From assembly GCA_965203135.1 (NCBI GenBank), contig CBDBBO010000001.1, positions 1,878,760 to 1,942,759 of the forward strand: a stretch of DNA of 64,000 bases, given 5' to 3'. This DNA is from Dehalococcoidia bacterium (GTDB lineage: Bacteria > Chloroflexota > Dehalococcoidia > Lucifugimonadales > CATOSD01). Below the pieces are notes generated by a model that was not told where the DNA came from, made no database searches, and was given only the letters and a program-made list of their open reading frames with translations. Shown here piece by piece: positions 47,790 to 56,563 of this stretch. The translations under genes were made by a program, and so were the position numbers. The first letter of the stretch is position 1; every line of letters begins with the position of its first letter.

Positions 47790-49184
47790 TCAGGGGCCAT
47801 CAGTGTCCTGTTGGGAAGTCCGCGCCTGCCTGCCGAGAGTCGTCAACCGGTATTTCTGTGCTCTGCTTCTCGGACTTTCCGGAAGCGTCATCTCGACCAG
47901 CCCCGCCTCAACGCCGGGTTGCAGGTAGGCGCTGGCAAAGTGTCCGCGGTCCGCCAAGCCGAGAGCGTCCATAAGCTCCGCCCGGCCCATCTCTCCGTGC
48001 AAAGCCGCGATGAGCCGTTTTACATGGGGGGTCACATGGGGGGTCACATGATGGGTCACATGGTGGGTGACTGCCACTTCTTGGCGCGGGAAGGTTACCG
48101 TCAGCCAATCGGGGGACACCTGTATGGCTGGTTCCGCGACGCCATGTTCCAGGCAGGCGTCGTGAATGCGGCGGATGCCACTGCCGATCTGCTCCACTAG
48201 CCTCATCCGGTAGAGCATACTGAAGAGCAAGGGGTTTCGCGGGACACTCTTGCTGCCTAGGTCTTCCTCACGCATCCCTGCGGGCAATCCACCCGGTGTC
48301 ACGATCTCCAGACGATCCTGGAAGATGTAGACTTGTACGTTGGCCGTACTGCGATAGTCGCGGTGAGCGATGGCGTTCACTAAAGCCTCCCGCAGGGCGC
48401 TCTCGGGTAGCTCCAGCCGTTCGTCTCGCCCCTGGGCGTGTGGAATGAGGGCGGAGTTCAGTTTGGCCTGGAAGTAGGCCATCACCTCCTGGTAGATGGC
48501 GTAGAGGTTTCCGCGAAACTCCTTGCGGTCGAGAATATGGGTCTTGGCGTTGCCCCGAAAGACGGCACAGGTCACTCCGGCCTGAAGAGTGTAGCGAGTA
48601 ATGTCGTCGGCCAACAGCCAAGCGCCAGCGTAGGTCATACCGGTGCTTTTGACCAGATGCAAGTTTTCCAAGACTGTCATCGGGTCCAACCCCGGGTCTA
48701 TGCCGGTGCGCTCCGCAAACTCGGCCCAGCGCGCAGGCGTGATCTCGACGGACGGGTCAAAGGCGCTGCAGGGGGTCTCGTCCAGCCGGATGAGACCCTC
48801 CTCGAAGAAGAAGTCCCGAATCTCGTCGCGGGACATCTGCTGGCAGGTCGCGCCCTCCCGGATGTAGAATCTGCCTCCGAAGGAGTAGGGCTTGCCGTGC
48901 TGCTCCGGCACCGTCACACATAGTACGTCTCCCATGTTCTCCACCTCAACGGCCACGGGTGGGTCCGACGAACGAGCGATGCTCTGAACCTGGGACTTCA
49001 GCCGGTTGTGGTCTCCCACGCCAACCACGGTTCCGGCATCGTCAACCCCGATCAGTATCACCCCGCCGGAGGCGTTGGCAAAGGCACATATCTCCCTGCC
49101 GAGGTCAGAGGGCATGGACCGCTTAAACTCGGTAGTGAATCCTTCCCCGAGAGCGATAAGATTGGCAATGGCTGGCATATTCAT
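47790..49184 (-). CDS. AlbA_2/Schlafen-like DNA-binding ATPase (often annotated as a RecG-like transcriptional regulator)
   Basis: N-terminal GEGFTTEFKRS...ICAFANASGGVILIGVDD (AlbA_2), a central HATPase_c_4-like region and a C-terminal wHTH-like region. It starts 6 nt after the locus-2 kinase stop. Confidence 0.7.
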   Translation of the reverse strand: MNMPAIANLIALGEGFTTEFKRSMPSDLGREICAFANASGGVILIGVDDAGTVVGVGDHNRLKSQVQSIARSSDPPVAVEVENMGDVLCVTVPEQHGKPYSFGGRFYIREGATCQQMSRDEIRDFFFEEGLIRLDETPCSAFDPSVEITPARWAEFAERTGIDPGLDPMTVLENLHLVKSTGMTYAGAWLLADDITRYTLQAGVTCAVFRGNAKTHILDRKEFRGNLYAIYQEVMAYFQAKLNSALIPHAQGRDERLELPESALREALVNAIAHRDYRSTANVQVYIFQDRLEIVTPGGLPAGMREEDLGSKSVPRNPLLFSMLYRMRLVEQIGSGIRRIHDACLEHGVAEPAIQVSPDWLTVTFPRQEVAVTHHVTHHVTPHVTPHVKRLIAALHGEMGRAELMDALGLADRGHFASAYLQPGVEAGLVEMTLPESPRSRAQKYRLTTLGRQARTSQQDTDGP

Positions 49185-49190
49185 TGTAGG

Positions 49191-51626
49191 CTATCGCCGT
49201 GTCTTTGCCCTTGTCAACGGCGGCGCTGGCTCCGGCGTTGTGTCTGCTGCTGGTTTTCCCTCCCCCCTCGCCATCCGGTAGCCGACGCGGGGTTCGGTGA
49301 AGATGTACCTGGGGTTGCCAGCGTCGTCCCCCAGCTTGTGGCGGAGCCTCCTCACCATGTCCCGCACCAGCCAGGGCTCGCCGACCTTCTCCGGACCCCA
49401 GACCCGCTGTAGCAGCACGGCGTGGGTCAGCGTGCGGGGGGCGTGGACCGTAAGCTCGTAGAGCACCGCGTACTCCGTGGCCGTAAGCTCCACCGGCTCC
49501 CCTCTCACCGTCACCCGGCGCAGCGCGTAGTCGATGACCAGCCCTCCGGCCTCGTAGGGTCCCGACGGCTCGGCCTGGAAGGGGTCCAGCCGCTTCCTGA
49601 GCGCCGCCCTGATCCTCGCCGCAAGCTCCGTCGGCGAGAAGGGCTTCACCAAGTAGTCCGCCGCCCCCATGTCGAGAGCACGGGCGACGGTCTCGTCCTG
49701 GCCGTACACCGACAGGAAGATGACCGGCACGTCCGCCGTCTTGCGGATGTCGTTCATCAGCTCGATTCCGTCGCTGCCCGGGAGAATCAGGTCCAGCAGG
49801 ACAAGGTGGGGCTTCTCCTCCTCCATTAGGCGGGGCACGTCGGCGGGGTCGCCGGTGGCGACGGGCGCGTAGCCCGCCCTGGTGAGCACGTCGCGGGCGT
49901 ACCGCAGGTCCTGGGGATTGTCGTCCACGGCCAGCACACGAACCTTGGGCGCGCGCCGCGAACCGGCAGCGGCGGTATCGGGAGCCGGAGTCGCGGACCG
50001 CTCCACCGCCGGCAGCGTGAAGGTGAGTCTCGCGCCCAGGCCCGGCCCGTCGCTCTCGGCCCAGATGCGGCCCCCGTGGGCCTCGACGATGCCCTTGCAG
50101 ATGGCGAGACCCAGCCCCGACCCGTCGACGCCAGATGCCGTCGCCGCGCCGGACGCCCGGGAGAACCTGCGGAACAGCTCCGGCAGAAGCTCCGCGGGTA
50201 TGCCCCGGCCCCGGTCGGCGACTGAGACCGCTACGTGGACCCCGTCCCGCACCGCGCTCACCAGTATCGGCGACCCCTCGGGGGAATACCCTGCGGCGTT
50301 GGAGAGCAGGTTGCCCAGCACCTGGACGATGCGCCGACGATCGGCCATCACCTGGGGCAGGTCCGCAGCCACCTCCACCTCCAGGGGGTTCCTCGCGTCT
50401 GCGCTCCGGAACAGGCCCCCGGCCTCCTCCACCAGCAGGCGCAGGTCGGCGGGCTCCGGGTCCACCGGCAGCGCGCCCGCCTGGATGCGGGCCACGTCCA
50501 GCAGGTCGCCTATGAGGCCGCGCATGTGCTCGGCCTGGTCCTGGATGATGCGGAAGAACTGGCTCATCTCCGCCGGGTCCAGCCGGGCCGATTCCGCGGC
50601 CAGGGTGTCGGCAGAACCCTTGACGGACATCAGGGGGGACCGCAGCTCATGGCTCACCATGGCCAGGAATTCGGCCCGCAGCCGCTCCTGCTCCTCCAGC
50701 GGCGTCATGTCCTGTAGGGTGACGACGAACGACGCGAGCACACCCTCCTCCGAGTGGATCGGGGAGGCGTTGAGCAGGACGCTGACGCTCCGTCCGTCGG
50801 GGACCCGCAGCACGATCTCCTCGGCCCGCACCGTCTCCTCGGCCCTCAGAGCCTCGGCCACCGGCAACTCCCGCAGCGAGGTCTCCCGCCCGTCGGAACG
50901 CACCAAGGTCAGCGCCTCCAGCAGGGCCTCGGTCGGCTGGTCATCGTCCCGTAGGCTGTCCGCGATGCGCAATGCCTCCCGGTTGAAGGACACCATTCTC
51001 CCCGTCCGGGCGTCGAGGACGACGACGCCCACCGGCGAGGTGTTCACAAGCGTCTCCAAGTCGGCCCTGGTCTGCCGCTCCTCCCGGTAGGCGCGGGCGT
51101 TGGCGATGACCAGCGCCGCCTGGGAGGCGAACATCACCAGGGTCTCCTCGTCGGCCTGGGTGAACTCCTCCCCGTCCTCCCTGTCGCCCACGAAGACGTG
51201 GCCCACCCGGACTCCCCGGTGGAACATGGGCGCCGCCAGGAAGCGATAGACCGGCCCCACCGTCATGGGGATGGTGAAATCGGCGAAACCCAGGCCCCGG
51301 ACGTGCTCCACCAGGTCGGGCAGGCGCAGGGGCTCGGAGATTTCGGTCAGGGACTGGAAGATGCGCAGCCCCTCCGGCATCAGCCAGAGCTGCTCCGACT
51401 CCTCGCCGCTCAGCCCGGAGGAAAGGAAGTCCCGCAACATGCCGTCGTCGTCGAGGAGGGTCATCACCCCGTGGCGAGCGCCGGTCAGGGAGCGGGCCGA
51501 GTCCAGCGCTCCCTGGAGCACCTGGTCGAAGTCTAGGCTCTCGTTGATGCGCCGGCTGGCCTCGCTCAGCCGCGACAGGCGCTCCCGCAGCGCCTCTATC
51601 TCCCGGTCCCGCTGGTCTGCACTCAC
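49191..51626 (-). CDS. Soluble hybrid sensor GAF-PAS-HisKA-HATPase-REC-OmpR-type wHTH (locus 2)
   Basis: GTG start after AGGAGG. H-box MVSHELRSPL. Canonical receiver (LVLLDLILPGSDG, KPF) and wHTH (LTATEYAVL...RVGYRMA). Confidence 0.9.
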   Translation of the reverse strand: MSADQRDREIEALRERLSRLSEASRRINESLDFDQVLQGALDSARSLTGARHGVMTLLDDDGMLRDFLSSGLSGEESEQLWLMPEGLRIFQSLTEISEPLRLPDLVEHVRGLGFADFTIPMTVGPVYRFLAAPMFHRGVRVGHVFVGDREDGEEFTQADEETLVMFASQAALVIANARAYREERQTRADLETLVNTSPVGVVVLDARTGRMVSFNREALRIADSLRDDDQPTEALLEALTLVRSDGRETSLRELPVAEALRAEETVRAEEIVLRVPDGRSVSVLLNASPIHSEEGVLASFVVTLQDMTPLEEQERLRAEFLAMVSHELRSPLMSVKGSADTLAAESARLDPAEMSQFFRIIQDQAEHMRGLIGDLLDVARIQAGALPVDPEPADLRLLVEEAGGLFRSADARNPLEVEVAADLPQVMADRRRIVQVLGNLLSNAAGYSPEGSPILVSAVRDGVHVAVSVADRGRGIPAELLPELFRRFSRASGAATASGVDGSGLGLAICKGIVEAHGGRIWAESDGPGLGARLTFTLPAVERSATPAPDTAAAGSRRAPKVRVLAVDDNPQDLRYARDVLTRAGYAPVATGDPADVPRLMEEEKPHLVLLDLILPGSDGIELMNDIRKTADVPVIFLSVYGQDETVARALDMGAADYLVKPFSPTELAARIRAALRKRLDPFQAEPSGPYEAGGLVIDYALRRVTVRGEPVELTATEYAVLYELTVHAPRTLTHAVLLQRVWGPEKVGEPWLVRDMVRRLRHKLGDDAGNPRYIFTEPRVGYRMARGEGKPAADTTPEPAPPLTRAKTRR

Positions 51627-51710
51627 CGAATCTTACCTCCTGGGTTGGGGGTGACGGGGCCGTTTCCGGCCCCGGACGCACTGGGGTCTTCACAGAATTA
51701 TACTCCACTG

Positions 51711-51729
51711 TCCACAACACTTTCCACAA
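51711..51729 (-). promoter_or_regulatory. Direct repeat TTGTGGA-N5-TTGTGGA next to a TATAAT box in the locus-2 divergent promoter region
   Basis: On the minus strand: TTGTGGAAAGTGTTGTGGA, followed 8 nt later by TATAAT (51702-51697). Orientation relative to the kinase gene is the same as for the locus-1 repeat. Confidence 0.4.
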
Positions 51730-51928
51730 AAGAAGGGGTCAAAACCACGTGGAGGCGATGGGGCGTCGGGTATAGTTTCTGCTGGGTCTGTGCGTCCCCA
51801 GCCCGAGGGAACGGCGCTGGCCGCCTGATCCCAGCGGGGAAGCTGGAAGCAGCCGCTCCGCTGGCGGGGTTGGGGGGATCATACCGACCGATGAAGCAGA
51901 CCGCTGCTTGATAGGAGACACGATAGCC

Positions 51929-54160
51929 ATGTTCGACTCAGGAAGCAACAGCAGTAGGGTGCGCCGCCTGCTGGGGGCGGCTATGCCTTCTACCCCCCCC
52001 CCCCCCCGATTCTCAGCCGCCGACAACCACGGGAGGCCCACGATGATGCGGGCCTCCTTCCTCCGCCTATCCCCGCTCCTGCTGTTGGCGGCCGCTCTCG
52101 TCGGGCTGGCGGTCTTTTTCGCGCCCGGCGCGCAGCCCGGCGCGCAGCCCGTCTCCGCGCAGGACAACTGTGACGCACCCGGCGGCGCCCGGAACGTAAA
52201 GGTGACCGCCGGCAACGCCAAGTTGACGCTGACCTGGGAGGAGCCGACGTCCTGGGGAGATTGGGATAGCGATGGCTATCGCTACTATATTGTCCATTGG
52301 CGGCGAGCCGACGCCGACCCTGAGCTTTCATTCAATCTGATCGATAACGGCCGGAGCAGGAGGCCGCCGACAACATCGTATGTGTTTACAGGCACCTATG
52401 AAGAGGAGCTCTCAAATCCTCGCAGGTTTCAAAATCACACAGTTGTGAATGGAACCAAGTACGATCTGGATGTTCAGACAGCTTACACCAATCGAGAATG
52501 CGGACACACTCGCGGCCAACAGGTGCAAGCGTCCGGCACCCCGGTGGAAACCCTGGAAATCCCATCCGCCGACGCCACCCTCAGCGGCCTGGAGCTGGCC
52601 AACGCCGCGGACGACAGCGACGCGCCGGTGGATCGGATAGGGTACATCAGCGAAGATCGCCTCTACCTCGCCCCGATGCTGCGGGAAGTCGATTTCATAA
52701 CTGTCAAGCCCACCGCCACGGCGGGAGACCTCGCGACCATCACGGTGCGGCGAGAGATGGGCGGGACGCCCGAGACCGTGGCCAGCGGCGCAATCAGCTC
52801 CAGAATTCACATCGCTCCCAAAGCGGACTCGAGCGTTCCTCACAACATCTTCGTGACGGTGACCGCGGAGAACGGCAGCGACACCCTGACCTACCATGTA
52901 AAAGTCTACCAATACCCTCCCGTCAGCTTCCAGGGCGTCACCGTGGAGGACAAGACCTACACCGAGGGTAGAGAAATCTCATTCCTGAACCTCAGCGAGA
53001 CTGAGAGGGACGCTCTCAAGCTGCCCCAGGCGGCCGGCGTATTTTATGCCGTAGACGTCACCTACGAGGCCACGGGCCTGCCCGCAGGGTTGACCATGGG
53101 CCACGACAGGCACATCCGCGGCACGCCCACGGCCAAGACCGACACCCCGGCCACTGTCACCTACAAGGTCACTGACGCTATTGGCGGCTCGGCTTCCCTC
53201 ACGTTCCAGGTGACGGTCAACCCGCCGGTGGCCTTCGACGCGGAAGACCTCAACACCTACTACGGGAGGGTCATCACCTACACCGCGGGCCAGGCGGCGC
53301 CCCTCACCGTCACACTGCCGCAGGCCACGGGAGGCACGGGGACGCTGACCTACGAACTGGTATTCCGCACCGCCGAGGCCGTTCCGCCGTCTGTCCCCGG
53401 CGCGGGCGTAAACCTGGATCCCTCCACCCGGGTCCTGACCATCGACGGGAACTCGAATGTCAACCGGATCGCTCTCCGGGACACGGGATACGCCATCAGC
53501 TACCGGGCGAGGGACGAAAATGGGGCGACGGCGTCGGCCGCCAGCAGCATCTCCGTGATCGGACCTCCGACCCTGTCGAACATAGAGGACCAGTCCTACA
53601 CCGCGGGCAGTGCCGTCTCTCTCACACTGGGGGCGGCCAGCGGGCCGTGGTGGAAGATGGTGGCCCCGTTGAGCTATGAGCTCGCGGGGCAGGTCGATGG
53701 CCTCGCCTTTTCCGGAGGGAGCAACCCCACCCTCTCCGGCACGCCCACGGTTGCGGGCGTCACGGCGATGACCTACACGGCAACGGACGGCAACGGCGTC
53801 AGCGCCAGCCGGAACTTCACCGTCACCGTGGTCAACGGTCCCAATGTCCCGACCGCCGCGCCCGCGTCCCTGGCAGCAGTCCAGGTAAGCCGGGACGCTG
53901 TGGCGACCTGGGACGCCGTGACGGGAGCGACGGCCTACGTGGTCCAGGTCATAGCCGACGGCGGCAGCTACCCGGACAGGCCGGTCAACTCCACGCCCGC
54001 CGGCGTCGCTCTCAGCTTCCTCGTAGGCAGCGTCAGCGGCGTCAGCATCGAAGGCCTCAGCGACGGCGACTACAAGGTGCGCGTCGCCGCCAGGAACGAT
54101 GACGGCGTGGGCCCGTGGTCGGCGGAGGCCAGCTTCACCGTGAAGGTGGGAGGGCTCTAG
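51929..54160 (+). CDS. N-anchored surface protein (FN3, cadherin-like, several He_PIG-like Ig domains, C-terminal FN3) with a poly-C tract in its leader
   Basis: AGGAG plus 11 nt plus ATGTTCGAC start context, shared with 55341. An alternative internal start at ATG 52043 follows GGGAGG. The signal-anchor is LLLLAAALVGLAVFFAPGAQ. Ends in VGGL. Confidence 0.75.
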   Translation: MFDSGSNSSRVRRLLGAAMPSTPPPPRFSAADNHGRPTMMRASFLRLSPLLLLAAALVGLAVFFAPGAQPGAQPVSAQDNCDAPGGARNVKVTAGNAKLTLTWEEPTSWGDWDSDGYRYYIVHWRRADADPELSFNLIDNGRSRRPPTTSYVFTGTYEEELSNPRRFQNHTVVNGTKYDLDVQTAYTNRECGHTRGQQVQASGTPVETLEIPSADATLSGLELANAADDSDAPVDRIGYISEDRLYLAPMLREVDFITVKPTATAGDLATITVRREMGGTPETVASGAISSRIHIAPKADSSVPHNIFVTVTAENGSDTLTYHVKVYQYPPVSFQGVTVEDKTYTEGREISFLNLSETERDALKLPQAAGVFYAVDVTYEATGLPAGLTMGHDRHIRGTPTAKTDTPATVTYKVTDAIGGSASLTFQVTVNPPVAFDAEDLNTYYGRVITYTAGQAAPLTVTLPQATGGTGTLTYELVFRTAEAVPPSVPGAGVNLDPSTRVLTIDGNSNVNRIALRDTGYAISYRARDENGATASAASSISVIGPPTLSNIEDQSYTAGSAVSLTLGAASGPWWKMVAPLSYELAGQVDGLAFSGGSNPTLSGTPTVAGVTAMTYTATDGNGVSASRNFTVTVVNGPNVPTAAPASLAAVQVSRDAVATWDAVTGATAYVVQVIADGGSYPDRPVNSTPAGVALSFLVGSVSGVSIEGLSDGDYKVRVAARNDDGVGPWSAEASFTVKVGGL
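51993..52007 (+). repeat. C15 homopolymer tract in the 5' leader of gene 51929..54160
   Basis: TCTA C15 GATTC. It encodes TPPPP and is in frame with the downstream signal-anchor at this length. Confidence 0.9.
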
Positions 54161-54207
54161 GCGGTGCGAAGGAGACGATGAGCGGATGAGCAGGGGCGCT
54201 CGGAGGT

Positions 54208-55299
54208 GTGATGATGCTGCGTAGACCTGGATTGCAGGCCGGACACGTTTGGCGCGTCGCGGTCGTCGCCGTGCTTGCCGCTGCGGCGCTCCTGCTCCTC
54301 CACGACGCGCCGCACGCCGCCTGGGCGCAGGCCCCACCGTCCGACGACGCCACCCTCAGCGCGCTGGAGATCGCGAACGCCACGACCGGCAGCGACGCGT
54401 CGGCGGGCACGGTGTGGCCCTTTGGCGCTCGCGCCTACGTCGCCGTGATGCTCCAGGAGGTCACCAGCGTCACCGTCCGGCCCACCGCCACGGCGGGCGA
54501 CCTCGCGGCCATCACGGTGCAGCTGGAGAGCGGCGGGACGCCCCAGACCGTGGCCAGCGGCGCGGACAGCTCCGCAATCACCATCACCCCCAAGGCCGAC
54601 TCCTCCGTGCCGCACAACATCCTGGTGAAGGTCACCGCGGAAAACGGCAGCGACACCCTGACCTACACGCTGAAGGTGTACCAGTACCCACCCGTCAGCT
54701 TTGACGCCGCCGTCCCTGCTCTGACATTCACGCAGGGCGCCAGGGTGGAGCACCGGCTCCCGTCGGGCAGCGACGACTACGAGGTGACCTACACCGCCAC
54801 CGGCCTGCCCGCGGGACTGTCCCTGTCGAGCGTCCATCGGGCCATCGTCGGCACGCCCACTGCCGTCACCGCGAGCCCCGCCACCGTCACCTATACCGCC
54901 ACCGGCGAGATAGGCAGCACGGCCTCCCTCACCTTCGACGTGTCGGTCGCCCCGCCGGTGACCTTCGACGATGCGGCCAGGAGGTTCTGCAGCTCCAGGA
55001 TCGTCGCGTTCACCGGCGGAGAGTGGCTGGACGCCGACGACGATGGAACGATCACCTATCCGGCGGCGTCGGGCGGCGCCGGGACACTCACCTACAGCCT
55101 GATTGAATCCGACTCGCAGCAGCCGCTGGCCAGCGTGGCTTCCGGGATCACCTTCGACACCGCGACCCGGAAGCTTGGCGGAACCCCGGCGGCAGCCGCG
55201 CAGAAGACATGGTCCGTGACCTACGCTGCCGAGGATCAGAACGGCAGCCGGGCCGCGTGCACCACCGCAGTACATGCCGGCGGCTTCGGCGGCCTGTAG
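54208..55299 (+). CDS. Secreted or anchored protein with cadherin-like and He_PIG-like domains
   Basis: Start is probably ATG 54211 or 54214, after GGAGG at 54202-54206. The cadherin-like segment is about 80 percent identical by eye to that of the upstream gene. Ends in FGGL. Confidence 0.75.
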   Translation: MMMLRRPGLQAGHVWRVAVVAVLAAAALLLLHDAPHAAWAQAPPSDDATLSALEIANATTGSDASAGTVWPFGARAYVAVMLQEVTSVTVRPTATAGDLAAITVQLESGGTPQTVASGADSSAITITPKADSSVPHNILVKVTAENGSDTLTYTLKVYQYPPVSFDAAVPALTFTQGARVEHRLPSGSDDYEVTYTATGLPAGLSLSSVHRAIVGTPTAVTASPATVTYTATGEIGSTASLTFDVSVAPPVTFDDAARRFCSSRIVAFTGGEWLDADDDGTITYPAASGGAGTLTYSLIESDSQQPLASVASGITFDTATRKLGGTPAAAAQKTWSVTYAAEDQNGSRAACTTAVHAGGFGGL

Positions 55300-55404
55300 G
55301 CGCGGGGACGAAACACAATTGAAAGGAGGACTCAGCAACCATGTTCGACAACAGAGAGAAAACAACCCGCCGCGGAGCGCCGCCGGGGGCGGCCATGCCC
55401 GTTA

Positions 55405-55418
55405 CCCCCCCCCCCCCC
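55405..55418 (+). repeat. C14 homopolymer tract separating a conserved leader ORF from the Calx-beta protein body
   Basis: GTTA C14 GAACG. The upstream frame (ATG 55341) and the downstream frame (55453..56559) differ by +1. Confidence 0.9.
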
Positions 55419-55452
55419 GAACGCAAGTTCTATCCGCTCCCCGCTCCTCCTG

Positions 55453-56559
55453 TTGGCGGCCGCGCTGATGGCAATGGCGGTCCTCTTTGCGCCCGGCGCA
55501 CAGCCCGCCCAGGCCCAGGCCGCCAAGCCCACCGTGTCCCTCTCCGCCTCGCCCAACCCGGTGCGCGAGGGAACCAGTGTGACGGTGACGGCGAGGATTT
55601 CCCGCACCCGGAACTCCGAAACGGTGGTCCCGGTGACGCTGCACGCCGGTTCTGCCGAAGAGGACGACCACGGCGCACTGACGAGCATCACCATCCCCGC
55701 CAACTCTGCCACCGGCACGGGCGTCATCACCACCACGATGGACAGCGACACGGATGACGAGGTCTTCCACGTGGGGCTCGACAACGTGGGCAAGGACGCG
55801 GATTACGCTTGGGGTGCCGTGTCGTGGTTGAGTATCACCATCCTGGACAGCGATCTCCGCCAGGTGTCCCTCTCCGTCTCCGCCAACCCCGCGGACGAGG
55901 GTACTGTCCCGCAGGTGATTGTGACCCTGACGTCACTGAGGTGGGGCACCCCAGCGTCCCTGGGGAGCGACGTGACGATCCCGCTGACGTTCACCGCCGG
56001 CTCGGCCGAGAGCGACGACTATTCCGATTTTCCGAGCGTCACCATCCCCGCCGGCTCGACGACCAACGGGACCAGCGGCTTCATCGTCACCACCGACGAC
56101 ACCGACGCCGACGACGAGACCTTCACCATTGCGCTGGACACGGCCAACGCGGCCTGGCCGTCGGGGGTGAAGCCGGGCGCGGTCTCCTCGGTGCTGGTCA
56201 GGATCACGGACAACGACGCGGCTTCGCCGGGGACGCTGAGCGTGGACACCGGTTTCGGAAACCCGGAGTGCGGGGCCACTATCAGCGTCACCTCCGAGAC
56301 GCCGGAGTGGGCGCTCGTGCTCAGCCCGGCCCCGTCCGCTGAGGAAAACACGCAATACCGGGTCCTGGCCGATGCGAACGGCCCCTGGCTGGGGGCAGTT
56401 CCGGTCCTTACCACCGGCAGCTCGGTCTTCACCTCCTTCAAGACCTATGCCGCACATCTGGAGGCCTCCCCCGGCTTCAGGGGGTTCGAATTCAGACTCG
56501 CCGACCACGCGGACGTCACGGCGAGCTGCACCTGGACGTTCCAGACCGGAGGAGTATAG
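55453..56559 (+). CDS. Surface protein with three Calx-beta-like repeats; its body is out of frame with its probable start (ATG 55341) at the C14 tract
   Basis: The track ORF starts at an internal TTG inside the signal-anchor (..SPLLLLAAALMAMAVLFAPGAQ). No in-frame ATG/GTG/TTG lies upstream. The leader MFDNREKTTRRGAPPGAAMPVTPPPP from 55341 is homologous to the leader of gene 51929. Ends in TGGV. Confidence 0.7.
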   Translation: MAAALMAMAVLFAPGAQPAQAQAAKPTVSLSASPNPVREGTSVTVTARISRTRNSETVVPVTLHAGSAEEDDHGALTSITIPANSATGTGVITTTMDSDTDDEVFHVGLDNVGKDADYAWGAVSWLSITILDSDLRQVSLSVSANPADEGTVPQVIVTLTSLRWGTPASLGSDVTIPLTFTAGSAESDDYSDFPSVTIPAGSTTNGTSGFIVTTDDTDADDETFTIALDTANAAWPSGVKPGAVSSVLVRITDNDAASPGTLSVDTGFGNPECGATISVTSETPEWALVLSPAPSAEENTQYRVLADANGPWLGAVPVLTTGSSVFTSFKTYAAHLEASPGFRGFEFRLADHADVTASCTWTFQTGGV

Positions 56560-56563
56560 GTAA

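Noticed and set aside
45848-49184. Integrated mobile element next to the tRNA-Glu/tRNA-Gln pair, suggested by AT-richer DNA at 47.2-49.2 kb.
   Set aside because: There is no integrase, recombinase or transposase, and no direct repeat of a tRNA 3' end. A normal-composition LLM gene lies between the tRNAs and the AT-richer segment.
51929-52042. Twin-arginine (Tat) signal in the adhesin leaders (SRVRRLLGAA, TTRRGAPP).
   Set aside because: The RR pairs lie more than 25 residues before the hydrophobic segment and lack the RRxFLK context, so they are more likely just a basic cytoplasmic leader. The RR in MTITETQQTGRRLVLTAAV of the giant protein is better placed, but this is still unproven.
55341-55757. 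138-aa ORF as a genuine protein.
   Set aside because: Only its first 26 residues (up to the poly-C tract) are homologous to the paralogous leader. The remainder is Arg/Gly/Pro/His-rich out-of-frame translation of the Calx-beta gene.
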